Source: Rhizophagus irregularis (taxonomy: Eukaryota). Taken from it: a stretch of 64,000 nt of DNA. The notes beneath the pieces are model-generated. The model did no database searches. It saw only the letters and a program-made list of their open reading frames with translations, and was not told where the DNA came from. The stretch spans positions 4,402,001 to 4,466,000 of the forward strand of contig NC_089434.1 of the NCBI RefSeq assembly GCF_026210795.1. The letters run 5' to 3'. This document shows positions 23,565 through 37,095 of the stretch, piece by piece. How positions within the stretch are numbered: position 1 is the first letter of the stretch; each line of letters opens with the position of its first letter. Position numbers and translations under genes: made by a program.

Positions 23565-25020
23565 CAAAAAAATTTGTCTGACGTTTCCGTATAAATAATT
23601 TGAATTGTGTAACTTGAAATCCCATGCCATATAATTAAAACCCGTAATCGGAATTTTTTTTTTTGATTATTAATCAATTTTTTTTAAAAAATTTTTCAGA
23701 CCGAAAAAAAATTTTTTCTTTTCAAACCGAAAAATTTGTTTTTTTTTTCATTCTTTTCCCGTTTAGGTTTAATTTTTTCCCCAAACTGAAATTTTTTTTT
23801 TTTATTAAATAATCCCCATTGTTTCGGTCTTTTAAGACCAATTTTTTTTATATTATTTTTTTTTCGATCTTTTTTTTTTAGACCGTATTGTTATTTTTTT
23901 TAAAAAAAATTTTTTTTTTCACTCTTTTTGGATTGGATTATTGTCTTTTTTTTCAGATTTTTTTCGTACTTATTTTTTTTTCGGATTCCCTTTTTTTAAA
24001 ACTGATTTCTTTCTTTATCCTCTTTCTTTCCCTCCAAATTTTTTTTAAATTTTTTTTATTATTAAATAAAAGATAAAATATTATATTAAATATATTTACA
24101 AAATTATTATTTTTTTAAAAAAATCAATATAACATACCAGATATAGGAAAATTGACCGACATTGATAGTAAGATTTTTTCAATTGCTGATAAATAGTTTG
24201 ATTTTTTAAATTCATAAAAATCAATTAATTAATTATAAAATATGTAAAAATATCAATTCTTTTTGAAGAGATTGTTGATTTAATAATAGATTATTATAAC
24301 CAAATCCATATTCGAATTCCAGATTTTTGAATAAAGATTTTAATTCAAATGGTTTAGTTAAATTAATAATTTATCGATTAAAATGAATAATAATAAATAA
24401 AATGAATAGATTCTAATACATTTAATTATTTCAAATATTTTTCCTAAGTTGGTTATAAGTTTAAGATTGACGTAATATAAAATAAGAAATAATTATAAAA
24501 TTTATAATTAATTAATAAAAATATTTGTAATATTAAGTTTTTTCGAAAATATTTTCTAAAAAATTAATCAAAAAATGAGGGTGAATGAAAAAATAGGGAG
24601 AGTAAAAGGGAAAGGAGGAGTGAAAGAAACAAAAGGAACGAAAAAGATCAAGTGGGAACTAATGAAAAAAATGAAAAGAATGGAGGGGACGAAATAGAGC
24701 AAAGGGGAATAAAAAAATGAAAGAAACAAAGGGTAGTGTAAAGAGAAGTGGGAATGGAAAAAAAAATGTAAAGAACATTAGTGTAAAGGAACGAAAAAGA
24801 TGAAGTGGGAATGGAATAAAAATGAAAGGAACGAAGGGTAGTGTAAAGGAATGAAAAAGACGAAAGGAACGAAGAGGAAATAAAAAACAATGGAAAAAAT
24901 GAAGGAAGGGAAGAATAAAAAGAGCAAAAGAAATGAAGAGACAAAAAGAAAACAAAAAAATGGAGAAGGGACGAAATGAGATAAACAGGGAGACCAAGTA
25001 AAAACTAAACCCATAAATTA
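23565..25020 (+). repeat. Dispersed repeat, copy 2, with extended purine-rich tract
   Basis: Homologous to 16600-17630. Low-complexity GA-rich sequence at 24580-25020. Confidence 0.8.
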
Positions 25021-25579
25021 AAAGAAGAAATAAAGTTAGTAGGGAACGGAAATTACATGTAATAAATTAACAAAAACAAAAAAATAAAAACATACCTTAA
25101 TAGTTACAAAGAAGAACCAAAAGACCTAATTAAATTCCTAATTATAAACAAAAAACTACTGTAATTATCTTTAATTTACTTAATATACTAAATTTTTCTA
25201 TTTAAACAAACTCATTGGTCCCGGTGTAAAGCAACGGGTGATTGCTAGCAAAGAAAGCTATACTCAATATTTATAGTAATATTTTCATACAGTGTTTTAT
25301 GGCGTAATTTTAATTTAAGTACTTTGGTCAAGGAAAACTGGCTTTAATTGAATAATTAAAGTTATTTTTTTTTTTTTACGATTGAATTTAGTGCGCGTAT
25401 AAATTTTTTATTTTTTCAGAATAATTTAAAGATCTTTAGCTAAAATATTACTGAGTTTTGCCAAATAAATTAGAATTTTTCAATAGGTTTGGGAATACTT
25501 GGACAGTAAATTATACTAAATTAAATATTTATGAATAGAAATTGTGTTTTAGTTCAAAAAATTTTTTATATATAATATA

Positions 25580-26525
25580 CACTACCCGGCAAAAAGTCAG
25601 TAGGCAACCGTAAATTTCAATAATCGTTACGAAAATATCCTTCTAAATAAAGTTTTTTTTTTAATAATTAACCTGTCCTTTGTGTAATAAGTGAAGTTGA
25701 TCATTGAGTTGAATTGCACCTACTCTAAAAATTACATGAGCTTCTGAAAAAAATTGATTGTAATATTCTATAATTTATTAAATAAATCAGATTTTTAACG
25801 GCAAGTATTTAGGTATAATATAACATTAAAAAAATTTTGCTTAATTTACGCTTCATTTTTAAATAAACTGTTTATCAAAATTTTTAGCATATTATTGCAA
25901 AGTATCTTCAAAATCAGCGAAATAGTCTGTAAGTTACACATATTTAACAAAGATGACTTGCACCTATTAGTTTTTTTACAAGATATTAACTAAAGAACAA
26001 ATTATGAGCTTGAGTTCTGGTTTCAATAAAAAAAGTTAGAAATAATAATCAAAATCTCAAGTTTTCATAAAAAAAATTGGGCCGAATTTAATTCATTAGT
26101 TAATGCTAAAATTTTGGTAGTTAATTTGGTAATGATCGATAAATGATCGGCAAATTCAGTCAAATGAATATAACTTGTTGATCATTTCATTGATTTTGAT
26201 GATACTTCGTAATAATATGCTAAAAGTTTCGATAAACATTTTTATTTAAAAAATGAAGTATGGTAAAACAAATTTTTTCATGTTACGTTATACTCAAATA
26301 ATTCCATTTAAAATCTGATTTATTTGATAAATATAAAATATTTCAATCAAATTTTTCCAAAAATTCATGTAATTTTTAGAACAAGCACAATTCAACTAGA
26401 TGATTAACTTTACTTATTATACAAAAGACGGGTTAATTATTAAAAAATTAAACTTTATATAGAAGGATATTTTCGTAACGATTATTGAAATTTACAGTTG
26501 CCTACTGACTTTTTGCCGGGTAGTG
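25580..26525. mobile_element. Tc1/mariner-type MITE (946 bp), TA TSD
   Basis: TA|cactacccggcaaaaagtcagtaggcaac ... gttgcctactgactttttgccgggtagtg|TA, with imperfect inverted arms extending more than 300 bp. Confidence 0.92.
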
Positions 26526-26598
26526 TATATATATTATTGAATATTAAAATATTTAATATATTAAATTTTGTTTTTTACTTCAAGTCACCGGGGGTGAC

Positions 26599-28318
26599 AC
26601 AGAAACATAAAAATGAAAAATGAAGTTTTGAAAGAATATGTGATAGAGGAAGAAAAATATATGAACTATAATAAAAAAACTGAAAGGATCGAAATAATAA
26701 AAGCAGATCAAGATTTATCGATATATTAAAAAAATAATATAATAGAAACGGATGAAAGAGATAAGAGTAAAAGGCAAACTTATTTAATAATAGAGTGCGT
26801 TAAAGGGAAAATAAAAGTATTAGAAAAAGGATATAAACATATAGAATATTTGGTGAGTTTGGTATTAAGGAATAGAGAGAAAAATGAGATAAGGATAAAT
26901 GCGAAATTTAAAGTTACGAAAGAAGATGAATTTAAAATTTTAATAAGATGTATAATAATAGGAATACTTTTGATAGAAAAAGGGAGTGATATTCTTTTAG
27001 GAATTGATGAGAAAGTCAGAAGATATTTTATGAAAAATCTTAGTAATAGAAAAAGGATAGACGAAGAGTATTGTATAGAAATGCTGGCGATTGAAAAATT
27101 TTTAAAGGAAGAGGATTTGAAATTAGATATTCTCAAGCATTCAGAATTGGAAAATATAAAAGAAGAGAAGGGAAAAATTAGAAAACTTTTAGAACTAATG
27201 AAGAAAGAAAATTTTGAAACCTATGAAATTAATGTTATGGATGAAGCGTTAACGATCAATGAATTCAATTTATTTTGGAAATATGTATTGATAACTGGCG
27301 ATCTAAGAGGATGACGTAAGAAATGTACGCAAGTTACAGTATTTGGAAAAATGAACTTCTCAATAGCAGAAAGATAGAAGTACTGTCTTATCTTAATTTT
27401 AAAAATGAATTCGATTGGGTTAAGACGCTTAACTTTATTAGTAATACACTTTTTGGCAGTTTAGCTACGAAGATACAAAGATGAGATCATATAAAATTAA
27501 AATTTTTTTGAAAGAATTACCAACTTATGGAGTTTTATATCAAAGAAAAGTTAATGAAATAGTAGATGCAGTGTGTCCAAGATGCAATAATGAGATCGAT
27601 TGGTATCATGTTTGGAAGATGAAGTTGAATTAGAAGAAATGTTATATGAAGCAATAGCTGAATATGAAGAAATATTAATATCAGATGATAAAAAAGAAGA
27701 AGTGGAAATATTACGAGATATTAATATAAATTTTATGAAACAATGTTAACTCAATCAGATATTTTATTAGGTTATAGTAGAATATGGGAACTTTTGCGAG
27801 GTGTATATAATAGAAAGTTTGATGAGATATCGAAGAAAAAAGAATACAAGAATGTGATAGAACATTTGTGGAGCTTTTGTTATGATAAATATAGAACGAG
27901 AATCTGGGTTAAACGATGCGATGAAGTGGCGGAGATAGAGAAAGATAGAGGTATAGATCTTAAAAAGGAAAAAAAGAATAGAGGAGGGCGATAGAATTAA
28001 TAATAAAAAATCAAGAAAAATTGAAAAAACAACTGAAAATAGATTAAATGAAAAAACTATAAAAAAATAGTAACGAGAAATAATCTTTTAGATGATGTAA
28101 CGAATCGTAGATCCTTTAAGAACAATTGGGGAACGAAGGTTAAAATATATAGTTAAATTTTATAATTTAGTTTTATTATGATTGATTATCTAGTTACATT
28201 TTATATAGTATTTAGATAGATCGGTTAGTTATAGAGGATTATATAATTGTATAATTTTCTAGGTGTTTGTAAAATTTTAATAATCATAATTAATAAACGC
28301 GTTACTAATTTTTTTTAA
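26599..28318 (+). mobile_element. 5'-truncated LINE relic (ORF2 C-terminus with Cys/His finger and 3' UTR)
   Basis: Frameshifted KELPT...VCPRCNNEIDWYHVWK at ~27510-27620 and WELLRG...RIWVKRCDEV. The 3' UTR matches 17730-17845. Confidence 0.75.
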
Positions 28319-28826
28319 TTGATCATCACCGTTGACCAGAATTATCAATTTTTACCGGCACTATATTTTTTTAATGCTGGTCGATCGTCATAATTTCAGT
28401 CACCGGTGATCGATGATAGTTAGTAGTTAGAAAAATTCCTAAATTTATTATAAATAAATAAACAAATAATTTTTTGAGGATAATAATGATCAAATGTGTC
28501 ACATTTTGAGCAAATCGTAGAACAGGATAATAACCCAATACCCGGGGTACATTCGAAATAAAATATTATGGTTCAAAATAAATTAACCGTAAGATGAAAG
28601 TTTAAATTGATTTATATCATACTTTGAAAAGAATTTAGTTGTTAAACAAAAAATATATTATTCATAAAAATAGAAACTGAGATTTATTCGGTTATAGATG
28701 AAAATCATTTATTAAATTGTTCTCGTAAATCATAATACAAAGATATATAAATTTTATACCGTAAATGAAAATTGTAGTCTATTATTTAAAATGAGTAATT
28801 CCCTCAGTAATATACAATTGAATTAT

Positions 28827-30290
28827 CTATATGTTTATATCTTTAATTACTCCATCAATCTTATATTTATTGACCAGTTTCATATATGAATCAGTCTGAT
28901 AAATATAAAACTCAACCAAAAAAATGGAAATTGCAGGTCGTCCTTTCCATTTTTCAAGGAATGCCTCCAAAGTTTCTAAAGAAAACCTAATGCCATGAGG
29001 AATTCCTATTTGTCTCAGATTTATTGATGCTTCTTTAGTTAACACATTTGATAAGTAATCCCCATATTCTAAGTTTTTCCCTTTTTCATAATATTCTTTT
29101 TTAAAATATAAAGATCGTAAATTCTGACATTTTTTAAGTAATTTTTCAAATTCAATAAAGTAAGTTTCAAATAATGGAAACATAGGAATTGTTAAATATT
29201 CAATTAAAAAACAATTCTCATAAATTGTACGAATAAAATTAAAAGAATCATCATTAAAAGTATCTTTTTCTACGTAAAAACAATTGATCCTCAATTCTCT
29301 AAGAAATAAGCTATTTTTAATTATGTAATTAACTTGGTAAATATATATAAAATCTATTTCTATAAACTCAAGGTTACGATAAGCCACCATTTCCAATTTT
29401 TTATTAAAATTATCATTATTTGAAAATAGAGGAGAACTAATTTTTAATGTTTTCAAATTATGAAGTTCTAGGAGTGCGTCTTGTAGAAATGTATAATCAC
29501 CATTATCGTTGTAATTATCGGAAGAATTTTCAAACTGAAAATGATTAAGAGTATTCGCATGCTTCTTTACTGCATTAAAAATTTCTGTATAAGGATCTTC
29601 TAACATTTCCCAATAATAATACATATCATTTTCTACTTCAAATTCGTCTACCCATTCAAAATATTTCAAATTTTTTTGATATTCGATTAACTTAGTAGTT
29701 CCAGAATTAGCTTTTAAATTTTTATTAACAATGATGATTCTTTGTACTTGTTGACATATATGTGCTAATCTGTAAAAATACCTAGGATTAATCAATGTGT
29801 CACACGTTAATTCATATATTGATTCAAGGCGGAATTTTGCTTCTGGAAGATGTAGTATCTCATAGGTGCCACATACATTTAAATACTTTATTTCTGGACA
29901 TTTCTTTATCAAGAAACTATAAATTTGTTCTTGTAAAAGAAATCGATTATATTCTAATAATGGTCCAATAGAAATTATATCATCTATAATTTCTATATTG
30001 ATACTCCTACAGAAAGACAAATAATCAAATGCAAGTGATTGACTTGAGATTTTAATTCCTTTCTTTGTTAAGGTTTCTTTAATATCATTGGATAAGTAAG
30101 AAGTAAGAATTGAATATAAAGATTTTTTATTATAATAATTAATAGTATAGCGCCAGGGGTTTTTCCATAAAATTGGAATTACGGTTTCACACCAAATTCT
30201 ATTAACCATTAAGCATGAAAAGAGAAATTTTGCATTATCTTGTAATTCTTCAAACACCAAGAAAAGGATATCCTTATTAAGTCTGGCCAT
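28827..30290 (-). CDS. F-box domain / LRR protein, 487 aa (start MARLNKDIL)
   Basis: Paralogue of 20715-22196. The start was placed by alignment at ATG 30290. Confidence 0.9.
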   Translation of the reverse strand: MARLNKDILFLVFEELQDNAKFLFSCLMVNRIWCETVIPILWKNPWRYTINYYNKKSLYSILTSYLSNDIKETLTKKGIKISSQSLAFDYLSFCRSINIEIIDDIISIGPLLEYNRFLLQEQIYSFLIKKCPEIKYLNVCGTYEILHLPEAKFRLESIYELTCDTLINPRYFYRLAHICQQVQRIIIVNKNLKANSGTTKLIEYQKNLKYFEWVDEFEVENDMYYYWEMLEDPYTEIFNAVKKHANTLNHFQFENSSDNYNDNGDYTFLQDALLELHNLKTLKISSPLFSNNDNFNKKLEMVAYRNLEFIEIDFIYIYQVNYIIKNSLFLRELRINCFYVEKDTFNDDSFNFIRTIYENCFLIEYLTIPMFPLFETYFIEFEKLLKKCQNLRSLYFKKEYYEKGKNLEYGDYLSNVLTKEASINLRQIGIPHGIRFSLETLEAFLEKWKGRPAISIFLVEFYIYQTDSYMKLVNKYKIDGVIKDINI

Positions 30291-30405
30291 TTTTCTTTGG
30301 AAAAAAAAAAAAATAGGGGGGAAAAATAAACGAATAGAATACATATTTATATAAATTCCGGTGTACGTTGATCGACGATGTTTCACCGACGTAAAAAACC
30401 ACACA

Positions 30406-32265
30406 TATGGCAAGCCCGTGTCTGACATTTTACCCGATTTTCATCTGTCGCGTGCTTGATATTTATCTTTAAATCAAATACAGTTGGAAGCATGAACGGA
30501 TAAAAATATCAAGCACGTAATCTAACTATACTTGATAATTTTATCTCGTCAAAAATTAGTTTCTTTGTCAGCACAGGGTCAATCACGTGTTTTTAAGTTT
30601 AGCGTAATTTTAAATTTTTTTTTTTAAATTTTACGCGAATTATTTTTTTTTTAAATTTTTACGCGAATAATTTTTTTTTTATTGCTTTTTTTTATAAAAC
30701 AATTTATTTATTTTTAATATAGGCAAAGACTTTTTTTTGATATAATTTCTTGGAAATTTTTTTTTACTTTTTTTTTTGATAAAAAATTTTGTTAGAGAAT
30801 TTTTTTTACATTTCTGAATTTTTTTTTAATGGATAATTTCGTTAAATTTCATTGGAGAATTTTTTTTTAGTAAGATTTTTTTTTTTGGACATATACCTAA
30901 TTTGTTGGAATAATTTTGTTTAACAGGAGAGATTTTTTTTTTTTTGTAGAAAATTCTTTGGAGAATTTTTTTAATAGTAAAGATTTTTTTTGATAAAAAT
31001 AATTTTGTCAGAAATTTTTTTAACAAGTGAGATTCTTTTTAAAGTGAGATTCTTTTTGACTTTAAGATTTTTTTTTTTAATAGGAGAGTGTTTTCCTTGA
31101 TAAAGAATTTCTTTTGGGAATTTTTTTTAATAGATGAAAATTTTTTTTTAATAGGGAGATTGTTTTTGATAGAGGATTATTAAAGAATTTTTCTTTGATA
31201 GGAAAATAAATAATTTCGCTGAGAATCTTTTTTTTTTTGATAGAACATTTCGTTAGTAAATTTTTTTAACAAGGGAGATTTTTTTTTGATAGAAAATTTT
31301 GGTAAAGACTTTTTTTTTAATAGGAGAGGAGTTTTTTTTTTGATTAAGAATTTCATTAGAGAATTGTTTATTGAAAAATTTTTTTATTTTTTTGATGGAG
31401 AATTTTGTTTAGAAATCTTAATAAAAAATTTTATTGAAAAAAGTTAAAAAGTTTTTTTAATAAGGGTATCGAGAATTTGGCTTGAAATTTTTTTTTTAAT
31501 AATGAATTTCATTAGAGATCTTTTTTTTTTATAAAAAATTTATTGAAAATTTTTTATTAAATTTTACAATTTTAATAAATTTTTACTCCTCTTCATCTTC
31601 CCATCACTCCTCTTCGTCCCCATAACTCCTCTTCGTCTCCCATCACTCCTTTTCGTCTCTCATCACTCCTCTTTGTCTCCACTCATTTCTTTTCGTCTCC
31701 CATCACTCCTCTTCGTCTCCAATCACTTCTTTTCGTCTCCCATCATCCTCTTCGTCTCTCATCACTTCTTTTCGTCTTCCATCACTCCTCTCCTTTTTAT
31801 CTCTCATCACTCCTTCTAATCTCCCATCACTCTTCTTTATCTTCCCATCACTTCTTTTCGTCTCCTATCACTCCTTTTTATCTCCAATCACTCTCCCATC
31901 ACTCCTTTTCATCTCTCATCATGTCCTATTTCTCCTTTTTGTTTCCTATCACTTCTCATTACTCTTTTTTATTCTCTTTTATCTTCTATTACTTTCCATT
32001 ACTCCATTGTTATTTCATTTTTTTTATTAGCATCTTTCTCCTTGATCATTGTAATTTACTTATCTTTTTTATTTATTGTTATTGTTTCTTTTATTTGTAT
32101 CACTTCAATAAAAATAAATATGGTGATATTTTTCTTTAAAATCAAAAATGTGTGACTTAAATTTAATATTTGCAAATAAAGTTTCATTAAATAAGATTAT
32201 TTTGAATAAATATGTTTGCAAAAAAAATTTTTTTTAAAATATCTTTTGCAATAAATTTTAAGTTT
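30406..32265 (+). mobile_element. 'TATGGCAAG' family copy B, with 21-bp ccatcact minisatellite at 31585-31920
   Basis: Collinear with copy A. Starts 116 bp upstream of the second F-box ATG. Confidence 0.75.
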
Positions 32266-32644
32266 AAAACAAGAGGTCATTTTCATGGGAGAGCTTGGCA
32301 TGCTTTTAAAAGATCTTTTAAGTGAAAGTTATTGTACTTCAATTTATAAATATGCGATTATAAATATGCAAATTGTTGATCTCTCTTTTATAAATAAGCT
32401 TCGTTAAAACAAATAAATTAATAAAATGAATAAACAAATGATGTTTTCTATTTATAATGAGTAAATTAAGTATAGAGAAATGGCAGATTTCGGTTTATTA
32501 TAAGTTAAAATAGTAAAATAGTACAATTTAAGGGAATTGCTAAACGCTTGGGTGATTGTCGCCTGGGGACTTTTTTTTAAATATGTCACATGATATACAA
32601 TATATAGAGTAAATTTATTGATCGGCTGACAGCTGATTTTTTAA

Positions 32645-34472
32645 CCTTAATTTTTGATCGGCTAAACTTTTTTTAAAAAAAATTTTTTTGCAACATATTT
32701 ATTAAAATTATCTTATCCAATGAAATTTTATTTTCAAATATTAAAATTTTAGTCACATATTTTACGATTTTAAAGAAAAAAATCACTGTATTTTTAATGA
32801 AGTGATACAAATAAAAGAAACAACAACAAGATAAGGCCACACAAATTCAATTTTTCGGTTCACGTAACATTGAAATTTAAAATCGACCCGGGGACCCGGG
32901 GTTTATTGTTTATTAGTAAAAAAAGTTTATATATAAAATCGTGACATTTGATTGGTTGACTTTTAAAAGGGAGGAATTTATAGAAGTTCTCAGCCGCGTG
33001 ATAAACTTACCCGCCAATAAAATTACGTCCTGATCACGTGATAAATTTTTTATATATAAACTTTTTTTTATTGAAATTTGAAAAAGTGACCCGGCCGGGT
33101 GAAGTGAACCGAAAATTCGAATTTGTGGGGCCTAAGTAAATTACAATGATCAAAGAGAAAAATGCTAATAAAAAATTGAAATAACAATAGAGTAATGGAA
33201 AGTAATAGGAGATGAAAGGGAATAAAAAAGAGCAATGAGAAGTGATAGGAAACAAAAAGGAGAAATAGGACATGATGGGAGACGAAAGAAGTGATGGGAA
33301 GATGAAGAAGAGTGATGAGAGATTAGAAGGAGTGATGGGAAACGAAAAGAAGTGATAGGAAGATGAAGAGGAGTGATGGGAGACGAAAGAAGTGATGAGA
33401 GACGAAAAGAAGTGATGGGAAGATGAAGAAGAGTGATGAGAGATTAGAAGGAGTGATGGGAGACGAAAAGAAGTGATGAAAGACGAAAGGAAATGATGGG
33501 AGACAAAAAGAAATGATGGGAAGATGAAGAGGAGTGATGGGAGACGAAAAGAAGTGATGAAAGACGAAAGGAAGTTACGGGAGACAAAAAGAAGTGATGG
33601 GAAGATGAAGAGGAGTAAAAATTTATTAAAATTGTAAAATCTAATAAAAATTTTTCCAATAAATTTTATAAAAAAAAAGATCTCTAATGAAATTCTTTAT
33701 TAAAAAAAATTCTCTAATGAAATTCTCAATCAAAAAAAATATTCCCGATTAAAGAAAAATTTCTAACGAATTGATCTATCAAAAAAAAAACTTCCCTCAT
33801 ATTAAAAAAAAAAATTCTTTACCGAAATTCCTATCAAAAAAAAAATCTCCCCTGTTAAAAAATTTTCTAACGAAATTATCTATCAAAAAAAAATCTTCCC
33901 TATTAAAAAAATTCTTCTAAGAATTTTCTACAAAAAAAAATAAAAATTCTCAATGAATTCTCTATCAAAAAAAAAATCCCTCCTGTTAAAAAAAATTGTT
34001 CCAACAAATTAAGTATATGTCAAAAAACAAAAAAAATCTTATAAAAAAAAAATTCTCCAATGAAATTTCTATCAAATAAAAAATTTTAACGAAATTATCC
34101 ATCAAAAAAAACTCAGAAATGTCCCTATCAATGAAAAAAAATTCTCCAACGAAATTTTTTATCAAAAAAAAAAATCTTTTTATTTAAAAAAAAATCCAAA
34201 AAAATTCTAACAGAAAAAGCCTTAAAAAAAAATTATTCGTGTAAGATTTAAAAAAAAATTTTTTTAAACTACGCTAAAACTTAAAAAACATGTGATTGAC
34301 AAAATATCAATCCTGTGCTGACAAAGAAACTAATTTTTGGCAAAGATAAAATTATCAAGTATAGTTGGATTAAATCAAACACAGTTTGACAAAAACATCA
34401 AGCACAGACGGACAAAAATATCAAGCACAGATGGATAAAACCATCAAGCACGTACAGATAAAAACATCAAGC
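32645..34472 (-). mobile_element. 'TATGGCAAG' family copy C (inverted, 5'-truncated)
   Basis: Reverse complement of copy B blocks, for example aagtgatacaaataaaagaaac, gtgatgggagacgaa repeats and tgtgctgacaaagaaacta. Confidence 0.8.
32835..33132. mobile_element. PIF/Harbinger-type MITE (298 bp), TAA TSD
   Basis: TAA|ggccacacaaattcaatttttcggttcac ... gtgaaccgaaaattcgaatttgtggggcc|TAA. The empty site is visible in copies A and B. Confidence 0.92.
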
Positions 34473-34473
34473 C

Positions 34474-35640
34474 TTTTTTTTTCTTTTTTTTTATATAATC
34501 TGATTTAGCTCCGGAACCCACAGATCTTATCTACCCTGTAAGGTACAGATAATTGCCAATACCTTGCTGCGTCCGTTTCATCACTTAACCGCTGGAAATG
34601 CGATAAACACCAAGAGCCACGTTACCTATGATTATGAACCAGTCGGACATATTCCAAAAGGCCCGCAGTTCTATCGAAATTGGATGTCATCAAATAAAAT
34701 GAGAGAGATTTATTCAAAACGCTTAGGCGTCAAATATTCGGTTACCATACGAAAATATAATAATTACCATAGTAATAAGAACTCCAACTTAAAAGCAATG
34801 ATGGAGCCAGTGTCTACATACAACAATAATCGCACTATTGAAACCACCTGCGCTTATTATAAAGAATATTCAAACTTAAAGTTTGATGTCGTACACTCAC
34901 CATAACAACAGAAAAGATGGAACCATCTGACTAAAGGGATTCTCAAGCAAGAATCAGGGCCATTATGTTAAACCATACATATTTAATACACCTTCGGCTC
35001 AATCACACTCACCAACAGTTTTCAAACAACTTGCTCACCTACCAGAAAAAAGAATAGATCATGATATGATTGACCTCTCAAAAGTTATGATAAACTTAAA
35101 GACTCCATCACATTACTACTTCGTCGGACGAAAAATTGGTTTTGAAGAGTTAAAAAACGCAACAAATTAAAAAAACCATTATCTTCCTTACCAGCTGACT
35201 TTCAAGGCGACGCCCACCTTTATTACTACAACACGTACAATATTAATCTTTTCTATTACAAAGTTAGACGACGTTTCAACGTCAGTTCAATCCCTCAATA
35301 TAACTATGGCTATGATAAAGCCATTCAACTTTACCAACAATCGCAACTAAGGAGTTCGCGTCCTATGATTTTTGAAGGTGTTTTTCCAAAGACCAATCGC
35401 TCAGGCTTTTTTGCCATTTCACGTTGAGATCGTGACGTTATTAATAATCCTTCAATTTTCTTTACAAGATTGATACCTCTCCCGGATGACGTTGAACCAT
35501 CCAACACGATTGCACGCTCGCAAGCTTCTGCCGAGTTGGCGCACGATTAACTCTGGTGTTATCACAAGCAAATGTGGATCTCTATTAAATGCATTATTCT
35601 ATACTTGTCAGTATTAACTACATTTGTAGTTAAAATAAAA
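34474..35640 (+). pseudogene. Decayed intronless ORF of unknown, possibly retroelement-associated family
   Basis: More GC-rich island between a poly-T run and tacatttgtagttaaaataaaa. ORF ...IYSKRLGVKY...HSP*QQKRWNHL reads through a stop and then frameshifts. Confidence 0.45.
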
Positions 35641-37095
35641 ATACGGATTCTTTTTTTGTTTTTTTTGTTCGTCTCTTTTTCATAAAAATAGTACACAAGT
35701 GTTTCAAATATATATCATGTGACCCATAACAAAAAATTAATGAATATAACTTAAAAAAAATTTGCAGTAAGTGATTTCTGCAAGTAGACTTGAAATGTCA
35801 AAGATCATTTGAATGTCATTTTTAAAAATTTTTTTTTTTCGCGTAAAAAAAATATTTTAAAGAAATCAGTAACACAGGATAATCATGTGCGCATAGAATA
35901 ATTTACAATTCGAAAATCCAACAGATACACTGACTCCTGTAGATCAGTTGAAGAAGAGATCTTTGTAGTAATATTTATTGTTTATTAAATCCTCGGTATA
36001 TTTTACATAAGGAATTCTCAGTCACCTAACTACTTGATACATGATGATGGGTCAGCAAATATCCAAATTTTATTTTTTTTATAGTAACATAAGCTTTCTT
36101 AAATTATTCCTAAACCTATTAAGTTAAACCTAATAACTTCTATATTTTTAAGAGATTTTTCTAAATTTGGACTTTAGTTTCAACATGAAAAATAGGTTTC
36201 AGACGGCATTACTACATTTAATAATTAGAATATAAACGATTAAGTCATTAAATAAAATAAATATCTTGTAATTTATAATATACATAGCTATATACAATAC
36301 GAATAACTTGGATAATTCCCGCATTGGTAAAAATTACTGAATAATTATACAGCATACAATATAGAAAATTAGAATGTTTATAATCTATCATCGGAATATT
36401 CATTAAATTTTTTTGGACGTAAAATCTTTGATAGGGCATTATCTTCCTTTTATTTCCTGACCTTACAATTAATTTTTTTTTTTCGGTTATGGATTTTTGA
36501 CACTATTATGTTAATGATGCGTTTATTTATTCGATACTTAATAAAATTCTACATTTTTAATGATTAAACTATTAATAAAATTTAAATTATTATATAATAT
36601 AATAAAATACATGCTATAACTATGGTCAAATAATACAGAAACGTATTATATCTCATCCAAGTCGTACTTTTATTCTTAAATATTTTATTTCTATGAATTT
36701 AAGATCAACAAATACGCAAATTTTATTTGGTATAGTATGAATTTTTTAAATGTGGCACAATTAAAGGAAAAATATCATGGATTCCATGTATAAATATTAT
36801 TATACAGTATGTAATTGCTGCCGAATTAAACAGCCGAAGTTATGCTTTGGAAAATAACCAAAAAACGTGAATTTATTACTAGTTTTTTTTTTCAATAATA
36901 TATTGTTCATAATTCATTAAGATTATCATATTATCCATATTAGATAGAAAAAAAATCAGAAAATGGAAATATTTTTTTTATTGAATTGCCCTCATAAATC
37001 ATAATACATAGATATGTTCTAAATTTATACCACGAATGAAAATTTATAGTCTTTTAATTAAAACGAATAATTCAGTATAGTAATTGAATTACTAT

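Noticed and set aside
24648..25014. Phe/Ser-rich membrane-like ORFs (also at 12487, 17354, 23888, 31921, 33034, 33444 and 39563)
   Set aside because: They are translations of low-complexity purine/pyrimidine tracts and minisatellites.
25580..26525. CACTA element (starts with CACTA)
   Set aside because: The TA flanks and long inverted arms without short subterminal arrays fit a Tc1/mariner-type MITE better, although the AT-rich flanks make TSD length ambiguous.
30291..30428. 46-aa N-terminal extension of F-box gene 2
   Set aside because: The paralogues start at the Met equivalent to 30290, and the extension crosses the TATA element and enters a repeat.
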